Positions 28,448-38,747 of a DNA stretch of 64,000 nt are shown piece after piece. The translations under genes and the position numbers were made by a program. Numbering within the stretch: the stretch's first letter is position 1; each line of letters begins with the position of its first letter. Under the pieces are notes generated by a model that made no database searches, was not told where the DNA came from, and worked only from the letters and a program-made list of their open reading frames with translations. This stretch comes from Myxococcota bacterium (GTDB lineage: Bacteria; Planctomycetota; UBA1135): NCBI GenBank assembly GCA_047638975.1, contig JBLINB010000002.1:12487-76486 (forward strand), written 5' to 3'.

Positions 28448-29479
28448 TTATTCTTCGTCTTCGTCGCTAATAGTGACGGTGAACTCTTCAGCATTCATGC
28501 CGATGTTCAGGTCTAGATCGCAAAGTTTACGATCGATTTCGGTGAGAACGGTTTGTCCTAGATTTTTAATGGCTAGAAGTTCTTCGTTAGTTTTGAACAC
28601 GAGGTCGCCGAGGGTAGCAACATCTGCTACGTCTAGGCAATTACGCGCACGTGTAGAAAGGTCGAGACGCTCGATAGGCTCTGAAAGGAGGCCCATAATG
28701 CGTTCGCGACGACGTTCGGCTGCAGCATCTAATGCTTGCACTTCGTTAACCACAGACATACCTTGACGCGCTTCGTCGAACTGGATGAAAGGATTTAGGT
28801 GCTTACGGAAAATCTTAGCCGACTCAACCATTGCCATTTGCGGCTTGATTGTGCCATCTGTCCAGACTTCCATGATTAGACGATCGTAATTGGTGTATTT
28901 ACCAACACGTGTAGCCTCAATAGAGTAACGCACACGTAGCACAGGGCTAAACGGCGCATCAACAGGGATAAGACCGATTTGATTCATGTCTTCTCCGGTA
29001 TCGACAGCAGCCTTGTATCCACGGCCGCGACGCACTGTAAGCTTACAAGAGAAACTTGAGCTTTCGGCACTTAGCTCGCAGATGTGAGCTTCTGGGTTGG
29101 CGATCTCAACGCCCGCTGGGCATTGAACATCAGCACCTGTAATGGCGCCAGCACCCGTCTTCTCTATTGAAAGATAAACAGGAGTCTCGGATGTTTCAAC
29201 TGTAACCTTAAGGCGCTTAATGGCCATAATGATTTCAGTCACGTCTTCAACAACACCTTCTAGTGATTTAAATTCGTGCTCAACTCCTTCAATCTCTACT
29301 GCAGTAACAGCAGTACCTTCGATTGAACCAAGTAGAACGCGACGTAGACCATTACCAATTGAATGACCGAAGCCTTGTTCAAAAGGCTCGATGGTGAACT
29401 TACCGTATTCATTTGTAGCAGTTGACTCGTTTAGAGTAACGCCTGATGGTAGCTCGAAATCTCTCCAGCGGATACGCAT
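28448..29479 (-). CDS. rpoA: RNA polymerase alpha subunit
   Basis: EPFEQGFGHSIGNGLRRVLL, GRGY, LSTRARNCL, KNLG. Confidence 0.98.
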   Translation of the reverse strand: MRIRWRDFELPSGVTLNESTATNEYGKFTIEPFEQGFGHSIGNGLRRVLLGSIEGTAVTAVEIEGVEHEFKSLEGVVEDVTEIIMAIKRLKVTVETSETPVYLSIEKTGAGAITGADVQCPAGVEIANPEAHICELSAESSSFSCKLTVRRGRGYKAAVDTGEDMNQIGLIPVDAPFSPVLRVRYSIEATRVGKYTNYDRLIMEVWTDGTIKPQMAMVESAKIFRKHLNPFIQFDEARQGMSVVNEVQALDAAAERRRERIMGLLSEPIERLDLSTRARNCLDVADVATLGDLVFKTNEELLAIKNLGQTVLTEIDRKLCDLDLNIGMNAEEFTVTISDEDEE

Positions 29480-29503
29480 TATTATTACCAGTTATTAAGT
29501 GAA

Positions 29504-29884
29504 TTAGACGCGACGCTTCTTAGGAGCGCGGCAACCGTTGTGTGGAAGTGGTGTGCAATCTTCGATACCTGTCACGCGCAAACCGCCTTGGCTTAGACCA
29601 CGGACGGCGCTTTCGCGACCAGCACCAGGGCCTTTTACGCGGACGTCAACGTCGCGCATGCCCATCTTACATACTGTTTCAGCAGCGCGTTGCGCTGCTT
29701 GTTGCGCGGCGAATGGGGTCGACTTACGTGACCCCTTATAGCCGGCTTTACCTGGGGCACCCCAAGCAATTGTATTACCACCAGTGTCGGTAATAGTAAT
29801 GATAGTGTTATTGAAAGTTGCACGGATGTGAACCACGCCCTTGGCGCCTACTTTCTTTGACTTCTTTTTTGATGCTGCACTCAT
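29504..29884 (-). CDS. rpsK: 30S ribosomal protein uS11
   Basis: [21 protein letters not shown]. Confidence 0.98.
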   Translation of the reverse strand: MSAASKKKSKKVGAKGVVHIRATFNNTIITITDTGGNTIAWGAPGKAGYKGSRKSTPFAAQQAAQRAAETVCKMGMRDVDVRVKGPGAGRESAVRGLSQGGLRVTGIEDCTPLPHNGCRAPKKRRV

Positions 29885-29894
29885 GATTACTTAT

Positions 29895-30281
29895 TTATCC
29901 TTTCAATGACTTGACAGATGCCTTACCAGCAACAGTCTTTTTGCTACCCTTACGAGAGCGAGCATTAGTTTTTGTGCGTTGTCCGCGAACTGGCAGACCA
30001 CGACGATGACGCAACCCGCGGTAGCAGGCAATATCGCGCAAACGATTAATTGCAGCTGTTACTTGGCGGCGCAAAGCACCCTCTACGTCCATCTCTTCTG
30101 TGAGATAGGTAGCCAATTTAGCCAATTCTTCGTCTGGGATCTCTTTTGCACGACGCGATGGGTCGAGCTGAAGTTCTTCACAGATTTTTTCTGAGGTAGC
30201 ACGACCGATACCATAAAGGTACGTAAGCGCGATTACTGTGCGCTTGTCTGCTGGAATGTCTACACCGATGAGTCGTGGCAT
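29895..30281 (-). CDS. rpsM: 30S ribosomal protein uS13
   Basis: YGIG, YRGLRHRRGLPVRGQRTKTNAR. Confidence 0.98.
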   Translation of the reverse strand: MPRLIGVDIPADKRTVIALTYLYGIGRATSEKICEELQLDPSRRAKEIPDEELAKLATYLTEEMDVEGALRRQVTAAINRLRDIACYRGLRHRRGLPVRGQRTKTNARSRKGSKKTVAGKASVKSLKG

Positions 30282-30308
30282 GTCTATTTATTATTCTTGA
30301 ATTGAAAA

Positions 30309-30425
30309 TTAGCCCTGACGCTGCTTATGGCGAGGGTCGCGACTACAAATAACTAACACTTTTCCGTGTCGTTTGATGATTTTGCAGTTATTGCAAATGC
30401 TACGTACTGATGCGCTGACTTTCAT
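30309..30425 (-). CDS. rpmJ: 50S ribosomal protein bL36 (Zn-ribbon type)
   Basis: [38 protein letters not shown] from ATG 30425. Confidence 0.96.
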   Translation of the reverse strand: MKVSASVRSICNNCKIIKRHGKVLVICSRDPRHKQRQG

Positions 30426-30463
30426 GATTCTATTTGGTTGATTTGTGAGTTGTAACTTTAGAA

Positions 30464-30715
30464 CTAGCGTCTTGGCCCGCGTTGACGACGTGGACGGCGG
30501 ACTCCTCTGTAAACGATACGACAACGTGTCAAATCGTATGGAGAAAGTTCAATGGTTACTGTGTCTCCGGGAGTGATACGAATGTAGTGCATGCGCATTT
30601 TTCCGGAAATGTGAGCTAGAATTTGTTGACCATTCTCGAGTTCTACGTTGAAGGTTGCGTTTGGAAGGGTTTCCTTGACAACCGCTGACAGCGTAATTGG
30701 CTCTTCTTTGGCCAT
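30464..30715 (-). CDS. infA: Translation initiation factor IF-1
   Basis: [26 protein letters not shown]. Confidence 0.97.
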   Translation of the reverse strand: MAKEEPITLSAVVKETLPNATFNVELENGQQILAHISGKMRMHYIRITPGDTVTIELSPYDLTRCRIVYRGVRRPRRQRGPRR

Positions 30716-30716
30716 A

Positions 30717-31286
30717 CTAAGCTAGGTTTGATTGGTTAAGAGCACCGTTTACAGTAAATAAAACATCTTTTTGGATGTCATCTACAGCGCGATCGGAATC
30801 GATCTCACGGAGTGAACCCTGGTCGGCGTAATGCTTAACCAATGGTTCGGTTATCTCAGCGTAAACACTGAGACGATGAGTTATTATTTCGAGGGTGTCA
30901 TCTTGACGCCCGCGAGACAGTAAACGGTTGGTGAGTACCGTTTTGGGAGCCTTAAAGTATAGCGAAAGCCCTATCGTGCCGCTAGTACAAGCTTCTTCTA
31001 ATGCTGTAGCCTGAGAAATTGTGCGCGGAAATCCGTCTAGAAGCAACACCTGGTCGCTTGGGAAGTCTGCGATGCACTCAGCAACCATTTTCACCATAAT
31101 ATCGTCAGGTACTAAGTCGCCACGAGACATAAAGGTATCGGCTGATTTTCCTAGTTCAGAGCCAGCGGCTACTTCTTGACGAAGCAACTCGCCAGTAGAC
31201 AGGTGCGTGTATCCTTGAGACTCAGCTGCCGCAGCGGCTTGAGTTCCCTTGCCTACACCCGGCGCACCTAGGAGGATCACTATCAT
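30717..31286 (-). CDS. adk: Adenylate kinase (short-LID type)
   Basis: [24 protein letters not shown]. Confidence 0.96.
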   Translation of the reverse strand: MIVILLGAPGVGKGTQAAAAAESQGYTHLSTGELLRQEVAAGSELGKSADTFMSRGDLVPDDIMVKMVAECIADFPSDQVLLLDGFPRTISQATALEEACTSGTIGLSLYFKAPKTVLTNRLLSRGRQDDTLEIITHRLSVYAEITEPLVKHYADQGSLREIDSDRAVDDIQKDVLFTVNGALNQSNLA

Positions 31287-32584
31287 TACTTCTTAGCCCA
31301 ACTAGAGCTACTTGACTTCATGAAGCCATCGTAATTACGCATGAGTAGCTGTGCATTCAGTTTGTCTACCATGTCGAGAGCTACGCCCACAACAATCAAG
31401 ATAGACGTTCCGCCAAGGAAGTAAGCGATCATTGGATCGACGTGCAATTTACCAATAAGAATATTTGGCATAACAGCAACTACTGACAGGAACACGGAAC
31501 CCGCTAAAGTGATTCGGTCTAACACAAAAGAAAGGTATTCGGCAGTTGCCTTACCAGGACGAATGCCTGGGACAAACGAGCCCTGCTCTTTTAAGTTGTT
31601 AGCGATGTCGTCTGGCTGGAACATGAGGCGCGTCCACATGAATGAGAAGAATATAATCATTCCGGTGAAAGCCAAGATGTAAACAAAGCCAGCTGTATTG
31701 AAAGCATTACGCATCCAACCGAAGCCAGGCAATGAGCCGAGTACTGTCGGCACGATAAACAATGCTGAAGCAAAAATGATTGGCATCACACCAGCCTGAT
31801 TTACCTTGATTGGTAAATAGTGGCGTTGCCCGCCCATCATCTTGCGGCCACGAGTTAACTTAGCCTGCTGAATAGGAATGCGCCTTTGACCACGTGTGAG
31901 ATACACGACAACCAAAATGATGACGATCCACATGATGCCGAGTGTTACCGCCAACTGATGAGCGTCTTCGCGCAGCGAGAAAGCTTTAGAAACCGTTGCC
32001 GGCATGTTAGCAATAATACCACCCATAATAATAAGTGATACGCCGTTACCAACACCATACTCGGTGATCTGCTCACCGATCCACATAATGAACATGGTGG
32101 ATGCCGTAAGCGCTAACATGATGGATATCGTGTAGAAGAAACTACCGCCTTCTGGCATCAAGCCGAAAGATGGATTGTAAATGACACCATATACAACAAA
32201 CACTGACTGCAGCAAACAGATTGGCACTGTAGCTAGACGCGTTAGTTGATTAATCTTCTTCTGCCCCGATGCACCCTCTTTAGAGAGAGCCTCTAGAGAT
32301 GGGACCACTTTTGTGAGTAGACTGAAGATAATAGACGCTGAGATATAAGGCATTACACCCAGCGAGAACAAAACTGCCTGACCGACACCAGCGCCGGTAA
32401 AAGCATTCATGATACCGAACAAAGCATTTTCGTCGGCCTTATTCGCTGCCTCAGCAACGCGGCTTAAGTCAATACCCGGAAGCGGAATGTGAAAACCCAA
32501 ACGATAGATGAAAAGAAACACGAAGGTCATTAAGACTTTCGAGCGCAATTCAGGCACACGTAGAATGGTCAGTAGTTTACCCAT
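31286..32584 (-). CDS. secY: Preprotein translocase SecY
   Basis: LGVMPYISASII, GVGNGVSLII, PGIRPG, GTSILIVVGV. Confidence 0.98.
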   Translation of the reverse strand: MGKLLTILRVPELRSKVLMTFVFLFIYRLGFHIPLPGIDLSRVAEAANKADENALFGIMNAFTGAGVGQAVLFSLGVMPYISASIIFSLLTKVVPSLEALSKEGASGQKKINQLTRLATVPICLLQSVFVVYGVIYNPSFGLMPEGGSFFYTISIMLALTASTMFIMWIGEQITEYGVGNGVSLIIMGGIIANMPATVSKAFSLREDAHQLAVTLGIMWIVIILVVVYLTRGQRRIPIQQAKLTRGRKMMGGQRHYLPIKVNQAGVMPIIFASALFIVPTVLGSLPGFGWMRNAFNTAGFVYILAFTGMIIFFSFMWTRLMFQPDDIANNLKEQGSFVPGIRPGKATAEYLSFVLDRITLAGSVFLSVVAVMPNILIGKLHVDPMIAYFLGGTSILIVVGVALDMVDKLNAQLLMRNYDGFMKSSSSSWAKK

Positions 32585-32589
32585 GATTA

Positions 32590-33036
32590 TTAGTCGATAA
32601 TTTCGACAGTTCCGCCAGCAGCTTCAATCTTCGCTACAGCAGACTTTGAAAACTTGTGAGCTTTAATGGTTAGTACTTTGCTTAATTCGCCTTGACCCAA
32701 AACTTTTAGCATATCGCCAGTTTTACGGGACAAACCTTTATCAAGAACCGCAGTGAGGTCTATGACTTCACCGGAATCAAACGCTTCGAGTGATTCAATG
32801 TTTACCAAAGTATAATGCTTCTTGAAACGAGCATTCGTGAAACCCCGCTTTGGCATACGGCGGAATAAAGGCATCTGACCACCTTCAAAACCGATGCGCG
32901 GCAAGTCACCCGATCGTGAACGCTGACCGTTGTGTCCTTTACCAGCTGTTTTACCTGTACCGGAACCTACGCCGCGACCCACTCGCTTACGCTTGTCGTG
33001 GTTATTACCACGTACTGTTACGTCGTGTATTTGCAT
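32590..33036 (-). CDS. rplO: 50S ribosomal protein uL15
   Basis: [21 protein letters not shown]. Confidence 0.98.
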   Translation of the reverse strand: MQIHDVTVRGNNHDKRKRVGRGVGSGTGKTAGKGHNGQRSRSGDLPRIGFEGGQMPLFRRMPKRGFTNARFKKHYTLVNIESLEAFDSGEVIDLTAVLDKGLSRKTGDMLKVLGQGELSKVLTIKAHKFSKSAVAKIEAAGGTVEIID

Positions 33037-33548
33037 TACAGTTCTACTCCTCGCAATTCTGCGATTTGTTCTTTGGTGCGAAGAGCACCGAGAGCAACGA
33101 TTGTAGCCTTAACCAAATTCGTTGGATTAGTTGACCCATAAGACTTGGTTAGCACATCATGAATGCCTGCTAATTCAAGTACTGCGCGCACTGTACCACC
33201 AGCAATAATGCCAGTACCAGGCGATGCCGGGATCAAACGCACTTTCGAAGAGCAGTAAATGCCTTCAATTTCGTGAGGTATGGTTGAGCCAACGCGTGGA
33301 ACACGGATTAGCTGACGGCGTCCGTCTTTGAACGCTTTCTGCATTGCTGCAGGGATCTCTTGTGCCTTGCCGAAGCCGAAACCAACGATACCGTCTTGGT
33401 TGCCCACTACTGTAAGTGCAGAGAATGAAAAGCGGCGACCACCCTTTACAACCTTAGCCGAACGGTTAACTTTAACGCGCTCTTCTTTTAGTTCGCCGAG
33501 CTTTTCGGCATCGGTGCGATCGAGAAATTCTGGTAATTTGTTATACAT
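33036..33548 (-). CDS. rpsE: 30S ribosomal protein uS5
   Basis: [19 protein letters not shown]. Confidence 0.98.
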   Translation of the reverse strand: MYNKLPEFLDRTDAEKLGELKEERVKVNRSAKVVKGGRRFSFSALTVVGNQDGIVGFGFGKAQEIPAAMQKAFKDGRRQLIRVPRVGSTIPHEIEGIYCSSKVRLIPASPGTGIIAGGTVRAVLELAGIHDVLTKSYGSTNPTNLVKATIVALGALRTKEQIAELRGVEL

Positions 33549-33555
33549 TGCTAAA

Positions 33556-33930
33556 TTAGAATTTTAGGCCTGCTTCACGAGCTGAATCAGCCAACGCTTT
33601 TACGCGGCCATGGTAGCGGTGCCAAGAACGATCGAATGAAACCTCAGTAACGCCGACGGCTAATGCACGCTCGGCAATTAATGCGCCTACAAACTGCGCA
33701 GCTTCGGTTTTAGACTTACCCGAAATCTGTACAGAAGTATCTTTCTCAAGAGTTCCTGCAGATACGAGAGTTGTGCTCTTGAGATCGTCAATGAGCTGAA
33801 CGGTGATGTTCTTTGCTGAGCGATGTACACTCAAGCGTGGACGGTCAGATGCTGCACGCAAACGACGACGAATACCCATAGCCTTACGGCCGCGCTTCTT
33901 CCACTTTTTCTTTTGCTGAAGATGGTCCAT
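33556..33930 (-). CDS. rplR: 50S ribosomal protein uL18
   Basis: [23 protein letters not shown]. Confidence 0.97.
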   Translation of the reverse strand: MDHLQQKKKWKKRGRKAMGIRRRLRAASDRPRLSVHRSAKNITVQLIDDLKSTTLVSAGTLEKDTSVQISGKSKTEAAQFVGALIAERALAVGVTEVSFDRSWHRYHGRVKALADSAREAGLKF

Positions 33931-33935
33931 GATTA

Positions 33936-34478
33936 TTATCCTAGTGACTTACCAGACTTGCGACGAACATGCTCGTCGATGTAACGGATACCCTTGCCCT
34001 TATAAGGCTCAGGAGGACGAACACGGCGGACGTTGGCAGCATATTGGCCAACCGCGTGCTTGTCGATTCCGGTGATGATGATTTGAGTTGGTGATTTTAG
34101 TTCAACACTAACTCCTTCAGGTGGAGTAACTTTAACAGTATGGCAAAAGCCAATTGAAAGTTCTAAGTCGGAGCCTGACATTTTGCAGTTCCAACCAACA
34201 CCTTGAATCTCTAATTCTTTCTTGTAGCCATTAGTAACACCCTCGACCATATTGGCGATGTGGGCGCGCACTAGACCGTGCAAGGCTGATGCCTTCTTGC
34301 TCGATCCTGCACCAGTAGCGGTAACAACGACTTGGTTGTCAACTACCTCTGCAGTAACTTCAGGAAACAACGGGAATTGCAAGTTGCCTTTTGAGCCTTG
34401 CACTTTTACTTCACTAGCTGTAACGTCTACTGTTACACCACTAGGAAGAGAAACTGGTTTGTTGCCGATACGTGACAT
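33936..34478 (-). CDS. rplF: 50S ribosomal protein uL6
   Basis: MSRIGNKP, RPPEPYKGKGIRY. Confidence 0.98.
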   Translation of the reverse strand: MSRIGNKPVSLPSGVTVDVTASEVKVQGSKGNLQFPLFPEVTAEVVDNQVVVTATGAGSSKKASALHGLVRAHIANMVEGVTNGYKKELEIQGVGWNCKMSGSDLELSIGFCHTVKVTPPEGVSVELKSPTQIIITGIDKHAVGQYAANVRRVRPPEPYKGKGIRYIDEHVRRKSGKSLG

Positions 34479-34480
34479 TA

Positions 34481-34882
34481 TTAAAACAACGTGCAGATGA
34501 TTTCACCACCGATGCCTAATTCGCGAGCCTTACGCCCACTCATTACACCGCGTGATGTAGTAACGATGGTAGCACCTAAGCCGCCACGTACTTGAGGCAC
34601 CTCTTCGGCTTGGCGATAAACGCGACAACCGGGTGATGAGATGCGAGTGATTTCTTGAATAGCTGGGTTGCCATCGCGGTCGTACCTTAAAGTTACGCGC
34701 AGCGTTGAACCTGGCCCTTCATTTTCGATTACTTCAACACTGTTGATGTAACCTTCTTCTTTCATTGTAAGCGCAATTGAGCTCTTAATTTTAGAAGCAG
34801 GGATGTCTACTGTTTCGCGACGCACCATGATTCCGTTACGGATTCGTGTGAGCATGTCGGCAATTGGGTCGGTATGTGTCAT
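34481..34882 (-). CDS. rpsH: 30S ribosomal protein uS8
   Basis: DPIADMLTRIRN, SSPGCRVY, GGE. Confidence 0.98.
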   Translation of the reverse strand: MTHTDPIADMLTRIRNGIMVRRETVDIPASKIKSSIALTMKEEGYINSVEVIENEGPGSTLRVTLRYDRDGNPAIQEITRISSPGCRVYRQAEEVPQVRGGLGATIVTTSRGVMSGRKARELGIGGEIICTLF

Positions 34883-34888
34883 ATTATT

Positions 34889-35194
34889 TTACCAAGAAGA
34901 CTTACGTACACCAGGCAGGAAGCCTTCGTGCGCTAGGCGACGGAGAACTAGACGAGAAATGCCGAAACGACGAGAGTATCCGCGTGGACGACCGGTGACT
35001 GAACAGCGGTTGTGCAAGCGAGACTTTGCCGAATCGCGTGGCATCTTAGAGATTGCCAAGTAAGCCTCGGCTTTTGCCTCTAAAGAAGCATTAGGATCTT
35101 TGATTACCGCTACAAGAACTGCACGGCGTTCGGCGAAATTAGCCACCAAGCGCTGGCGATTCTTTTCACGATTTACTGCTGATGATTTAGCCAT
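34889..35194 (-). CDS. rpsN: 30S ribosomal protein uS14 (101-aa, non-zinc type)
   Basis: NRCSVTGRPRG, LPGVRKSSW; only one Cys. Confidence 0.97.
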   Translation of the reverse strand: MAKSSAVNREKNRQRLVANFAERRAVLVAVIKDPNASLEAKAEAYLAISKMPRDSAKSRLHNRCSVTGRPRGYSRRFGISRLVLRRLAHEGFLPGVRKSSW

Positions 35195-35196
35195 GA

Positions 35197-35748
35197 TTAA
35201 TTCTGTGAAGATTTGCGACGGAATGGAACACCAAGCCCGTCTAGCAAAGCACGCCCTTCTTCATCGGTGCGCGCAGAAGTGACGAAAGTAATGTTCATTC
35301 CTTGTGTGAAATCAATTTCATCTAATTGAATCTCAGGGAACAACGTTTGCTCGTCAAGGCCAAGGCTAAAGTTGCCACGACCATCGAAATTGTCTTTAAC
35401 ACCGCGGAAGTCACGAACACGTGGCAACACTACAGAAACTAGACGATCCATGAATTCGTACATACGCTCGTTGCGCAATGTAGTCATACAGCCGACTGGG
35501 TTTCCTTCGCGCAAGCGGAAGTTTGAGATAGAGCCTTTTGCAGTACGTACTACCGGCTTTTGACCCGTAATGCGACCCATGTCTTTAACAGCAGCATCAA
35601 TAGCAGCTTTGTTTTCGACGGCTTTACCGACACCCATGCTGACCACAATCTTTTGCAAGAATGGGATTTGGTGGATGTTTTTGTAGTCGAACTTGTCTTT
35701 GAGACTAGCTGCGACTTCGTTCTTGTATTTATCTTGGAGGCGTGCCAT
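35197..35748 (-). CDS. rplE: 50S ribosomal protein uL5
   Basis: Start MARLQDKY at 35748; [22 protein letters not shown]. Confidence 0.98.
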   Translation of the reverse strand: MARLQDKYKNEVAASLKDKFDYKNIHQIPFLQKIVVSMGVGKAVENKAAIDAAVKDMGRITGQKPVVRTAKGSISNFRLREGNPVGCMTTLRNERMYEFMDRLVSVVLPRVRDFRGVKDNFDGRGNFSLGLDEQTLFPEIQLDEIDFTQGMNITFVTSARTDEEGRALLDGLGVPFRRKSSQN

Positions 35749-35749
35749 T

Positions 35750-36064
35750 TTATGAATCAAACTTTGTGCCACAAGGAATGCCAACGCGAATCTTCTTGTC
35801 GCCACTGACCTCTGTTTTAGTACGAACGCCTTTGTTCGCTTTTTCTGACCACAACAATAAGTTAGAAGCGGCGATGGGCATTTCTACCTCGATACGACCA
35901 CCCTCTGGGCTTTGCTGTGTCTTCTTTAGGTTTTTGACGCGAATATTCACGCCTTCAACAATAACGCGTTCTTCACCACGATTAATTCGCAATACTTTCC
36001 CGCGTTCGCCGCGGCTATTACCCGCGATCACTTGTACTTCGTCACCGATTTTGATGTGCATCAC
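35750..36064 (-). CDS. rplX: 50S ribosomal protein uL24
   Basis: [12 protein letters not shown] motif, VIVEGVN. Confidence 0.97.
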   Translation of the reverse strand: MMHIKIGDEVQVIAGNSRGERGKVLRINRGEERVIVEGVNIRVKNLKKTQQSPEGGRIEVEMPIAASNLLLWSEKANKGVRTKTEVSGDKKIRVGIPCGTKFDS

Positions 36065-36429
36065 ACCACCTCTTGAGCTAGAGAAACTATTTTCATAAAG
36101 TTGTTCTCGCGCAACTCACGAGCAACTGCACCAAAGATGCGAGTTCCGCGTGGGTTGTTGTCTTTATCGACAAGGCACAGAGCGTTACCGTCGAAACGGA
36201 CATAGCTGCCATCCTTGCGGCGCAACTTTTGCTTAGTGCGAACAACTACACCACGTACAACTTCACCCGTAGGGATGCTTGAACCTGGCTGCGCCACCTT
36301 CACTGAGCAGATGACAACGTCACCTACTGAAGCGAATTTACGCCCTGAGCCACCCAACACTTTGATGCACATTACTTCTTTGGCACCAGAGTTGTCAGCT
36401 ACTTTCAGTCTTGTTTGAGTTTGAATCAT
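36061..36429 (-). CDS. rplN: 50S ribosomal protein uL14
   Basis: [20 protein letters not shown]. Confidence 0.98.
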   Translation of the reverse strand: MIQTQTRLKVADNSGAKEVMCIKVLGGSGRKFASVGDVVICSVKVAQPGSSIPTGEVVRGVVVRTKQKLRRKDGSYVRFDGNALCLVDKDNNPRGTRIFGAVARELRENNFMKIVSLAQEVV

Positions 36430-36453
36430 TTTGTTATTCCTGTATTACAGTAA

Positions 36454-36732
36454 TTATTCTGTTGGTGCCGCTTTAGTAACCTCAAGCAGGCGCCAGCACT
36501 TTTTCTTACTGATAGGACGAGTGCCCATGATGTCGACCACATCGCCCACACGGGCAACGTTGCTCTCATCGTGAACGTAGTACTTTTTAAGTACACGGAT
36601 TGTTTTACGGTAAAGCTTGTGCTTCGTTAAACGCTCGACTTCGACGACAATTGTCTTGTCACCCTTGTCTGACACTACTTTGCCAGAAAGTTGTTTGCGC
36701 ATTCCGCGTTCTGTTGTTGTTTCTTCAGTCAT
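36454..36732 (-). CDS. rpsQ: 30S ribosomal protein uS17
   Basis: GKVVSDKGDKTI, HDE, RPISKKK. Confidence 0.97.
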   Translation of the reverse strand: MTEETTTERGMRKQLSGKVVSDKGDKTIVVEVERLTKHKLYRKTIRVLKKYYVHDESNVARVGDVVDIMGTRPISKKKCWRLLEVTKAAPTE

Positions 36733-36743
36733 TTTAAACCTCG

Positions 36744-36956
36744 TTATCGTGATACTTGATCACGGATGCCTTGCTTGCGCTCGTTAAGGATAGTCTTGAT
36801 ACGACCGACTTCGCGGCGGATCTGACGAATACGAGCTGGGTTTTGAATACCATCCACTAATGAACGGAATCGCATACCGTGCAACTCTTTTTCAAGTTGT
36901 TCAACGTCGAATACTAATTCGGCGTCTTCTTTGCCTCTTACTTCTTTTGCTTTCAT
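36744..36956 (-). CDS. rpmC: 50S ribosomal protein uL29
   Basis: NPARIRQIRREVGRIKT; operon position. Confidence 0.95.
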   Translation of the reverse strand: MKAKEVRGKEDAELVFDVEQLEKELHGMRFRSLVDGIQNPARIRQIRREVGRIKTILNERKQGIRDQVSR

Positions 36957-36961
36957 GATTA

Positions 36962-37468
36962 TCAGATGGTTTTTCTTTCGATCATGCGAACACGCACAGG
37001 TAATTTGTGCGCAACACGATTTAGTGCCTTACGAGCTACGTCGATGTCTACACCGCCGACTTCGTAAATGATGGTGCCAGGAAGCACTACTGCAACCCAA
37101 CGATCTACGTCACCTTTACCAGAACCCATTCGAACTTCGAGAGGCTTAGCGGTAACCGGCTTGTGAGGGAAGACGCGAATGTAAAGACGCCCTTCACCAA
37201 TGTGGCGATTACATGCGATACGACCCGCTTCGATAGTACGAGCGTTTAGCCAGCACCATTCGAGAGCCTGCAAACCGTATTCGCCCAATACAACAGTATT
37301 GCCGCGAGTAGCTTGCGCAGTAGCAACGCGCTTCTTAGGGGTGATGATGCCGCGACGGTGCATGTTGCTACCCGCAACACCCTTACCATCTGGCTTCTGG
37401 CACTTGTAGGTGCCCTTAATTTTACCGCGGTGTACTTTGCGGTATTTCGTTCTCTTTGGCATTAACAT
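36962..37468 (-). CDS. rplP: 50S ribosomal protein uL16 (with N-terminal insertion)
   Basis: MLMPKRTKYRK, RVFPHKP, RMGSGKG. Confidence 0.97.
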   Translation of the reverse strand: MLMPKRTKYRKVHRGKIKGTYKCQKPDGKGVAGSNMHRRGIITPKKRVATAQATRGNTVVLGEYGLQALEWCWLNARTIEAGRIACNRHIGEGRLYIRVFPHKPVTAKPLEVRMGSGKGDVDRWVAVVLPGTIIYEVGGVDIDVARKALNRVAHKLPVRVRMIERKTI

Positions 37469-37486
37469 GGTATTTACCTCTTTGCC

Positions 37487-38116
37487 TTAGCGAGTTGACT
37501 CACCGGTGAAGATCCAGACTTTTACGCCCAGAATACCGTATGTAGTTAAAGCCTCAGCGAAACCGTAATCGATTCGCAAGGAAAGTGTTTGTAGCGGTAC
37601 GCGGCCTTCGCGAACTGACATTTTACGTGCCATTTCTTTACCGTCGATACGACCTGAAATCAAAATCTTGATGCCTTCAGCGCCAGCGTTCATAGTGTTC
37701 TCCATTACGCGCTTCATTTGGAAGCGTGGAGAAACACGACGTTCGATCGCAGCAGCAAGGTTTTCAGCTATTGTCTGAGAATCTAAATCCCAGTGGCGCA
37801 CCTCTTGGATGTCTAGCTTGATTTCAAGACCGGACAACTTCTCAAGGTCTGCTACTAGCTGGTCACGTGTGCTATACCCTTTACCAATGACTTCACCCTT
37901 GCGAGTGACTAGCAACTGAAGAGTAAGACGCTCGGAGCGACGTGCGATATCGATGCGCGACACGATTCCTTTACGGAAACGGTCTTTGATTAGCTTACGT
38001 ATTTGATAATCAAGCAGGACTTGCTCTGGGTAATCTTTACCGCGAGCAAACCAACGTGAACGCCAAGGCTCACTTACGCCGATTCTAAAACCGATTGGAT
38101 GTATTTTCTGTCCCAT
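37487..38116 (-). CDS. rpsC: 30S ribosomal protein uS3
   Basis: MGQKIHPIGFR, GRVPLQTL, YGILGVKVWI. Confidence 0.97.
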   Translation of the reverse strand: MGQKIHPIGFRIGVSEPWRSRWFARGKDYPEQVLLDYQIRKLIKDRFRKGIVSRIDIARRSERLTLQLLVTRKGEVIGKGYSTRDQLVADLEKLSGLEIKLDIQEVRHWDLDSQTIAENLAAAIERRVSPRFQMKRVMENTMNAGAEGIKILISGRIDGKEMARKMSVREGRVPLQTLSLRIDYGFAEALTTYGILGVKVWIFTGESTR

Positions 38117-38118
38117 TA

Positions 38119-38478
38119 TTATTTAACCCCTGCAGCTGCTTTCTCGGATACACCGATGCGGAAGTGAGCAGTACGACGACGTATTGCCATTGCACGACCC
38201 ATTGGACCCGGACGGAAACGAGGACGACCATGAACCAACGGACCACCATCGACACGTGCGTCACTGACAATCAAGTCTTCGACGTTAACAGCATCGTTTT
38301 GGCCGGCATTGGCAATAGCTGATTTAAGCACCTTGACGAAGATAGATGCACCGCGTGTGCGGTGACCATCAAGCAGCAATAATGCGTGATTGACGCCCAG
38401 GCCACGAATGAGGTTCGCAGCGGCGCGAGCCTTATGTGGTGACATATGGGCGTAGCGATGTGAAGCGCGGTATTCCAT
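38119..38478 (-). CDS. rplV: 50S ribosomal protein uL22
   Basis: Start MEYRASHR at 38478; SPHKAR, LKSAIANA, RRTAH. Confidence 0.96.
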   Translation of the reverse strand: MEYRASHRYAHMSPHKARAAANLIRGLGVNHALLLLDGHRTRGASIFVKVLKSAIANAGQNDAVNVEDLIVSDARVDGGPLVHGRPRFRPGPMGRAMAIRRRTAHFRIGVSEKAAAGVK

Positions 38479-38480
38479 GA

Positions 38481-38741
38481 TTATTTCTTGTCGTGACCCT
38501 TGAAGGTACGCGTTGGAGAGAATTCTCCGAGGCGATGACCTACCATGTCTTCTGTCACGTAGACTTTGGTGAATTGACGACCGTTGTGCACCATAAAGGT
38601 TAGACCAACGTAGTCTGGAATGATCGTTGAAGCGCGAGCCCATGTACGGATCGGCTTCTTACTGCCCAATTCAGCAGCCTTGTCAACTCGACGTTGCAAG
38701 CGCGGCTCAATCCACGGACCTTTCTTGATACTTCTAGCCAT
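38481..38741 (-). CDS. rpsS: 30S ribosomal protein uS19
   Basis: [23 protein letters not shown]. Confidence 0.98.
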   Translation of the reverse strand: MARSIKKGPWIEPRLQRRVDKAAELGSKKPIRTWARASTIIPDYVGLTFMVHNGRQFTKVYVTEDMVGHRLGEFSPTRTFKGHDKK

Positions 38742-38747
38742 GACTTA

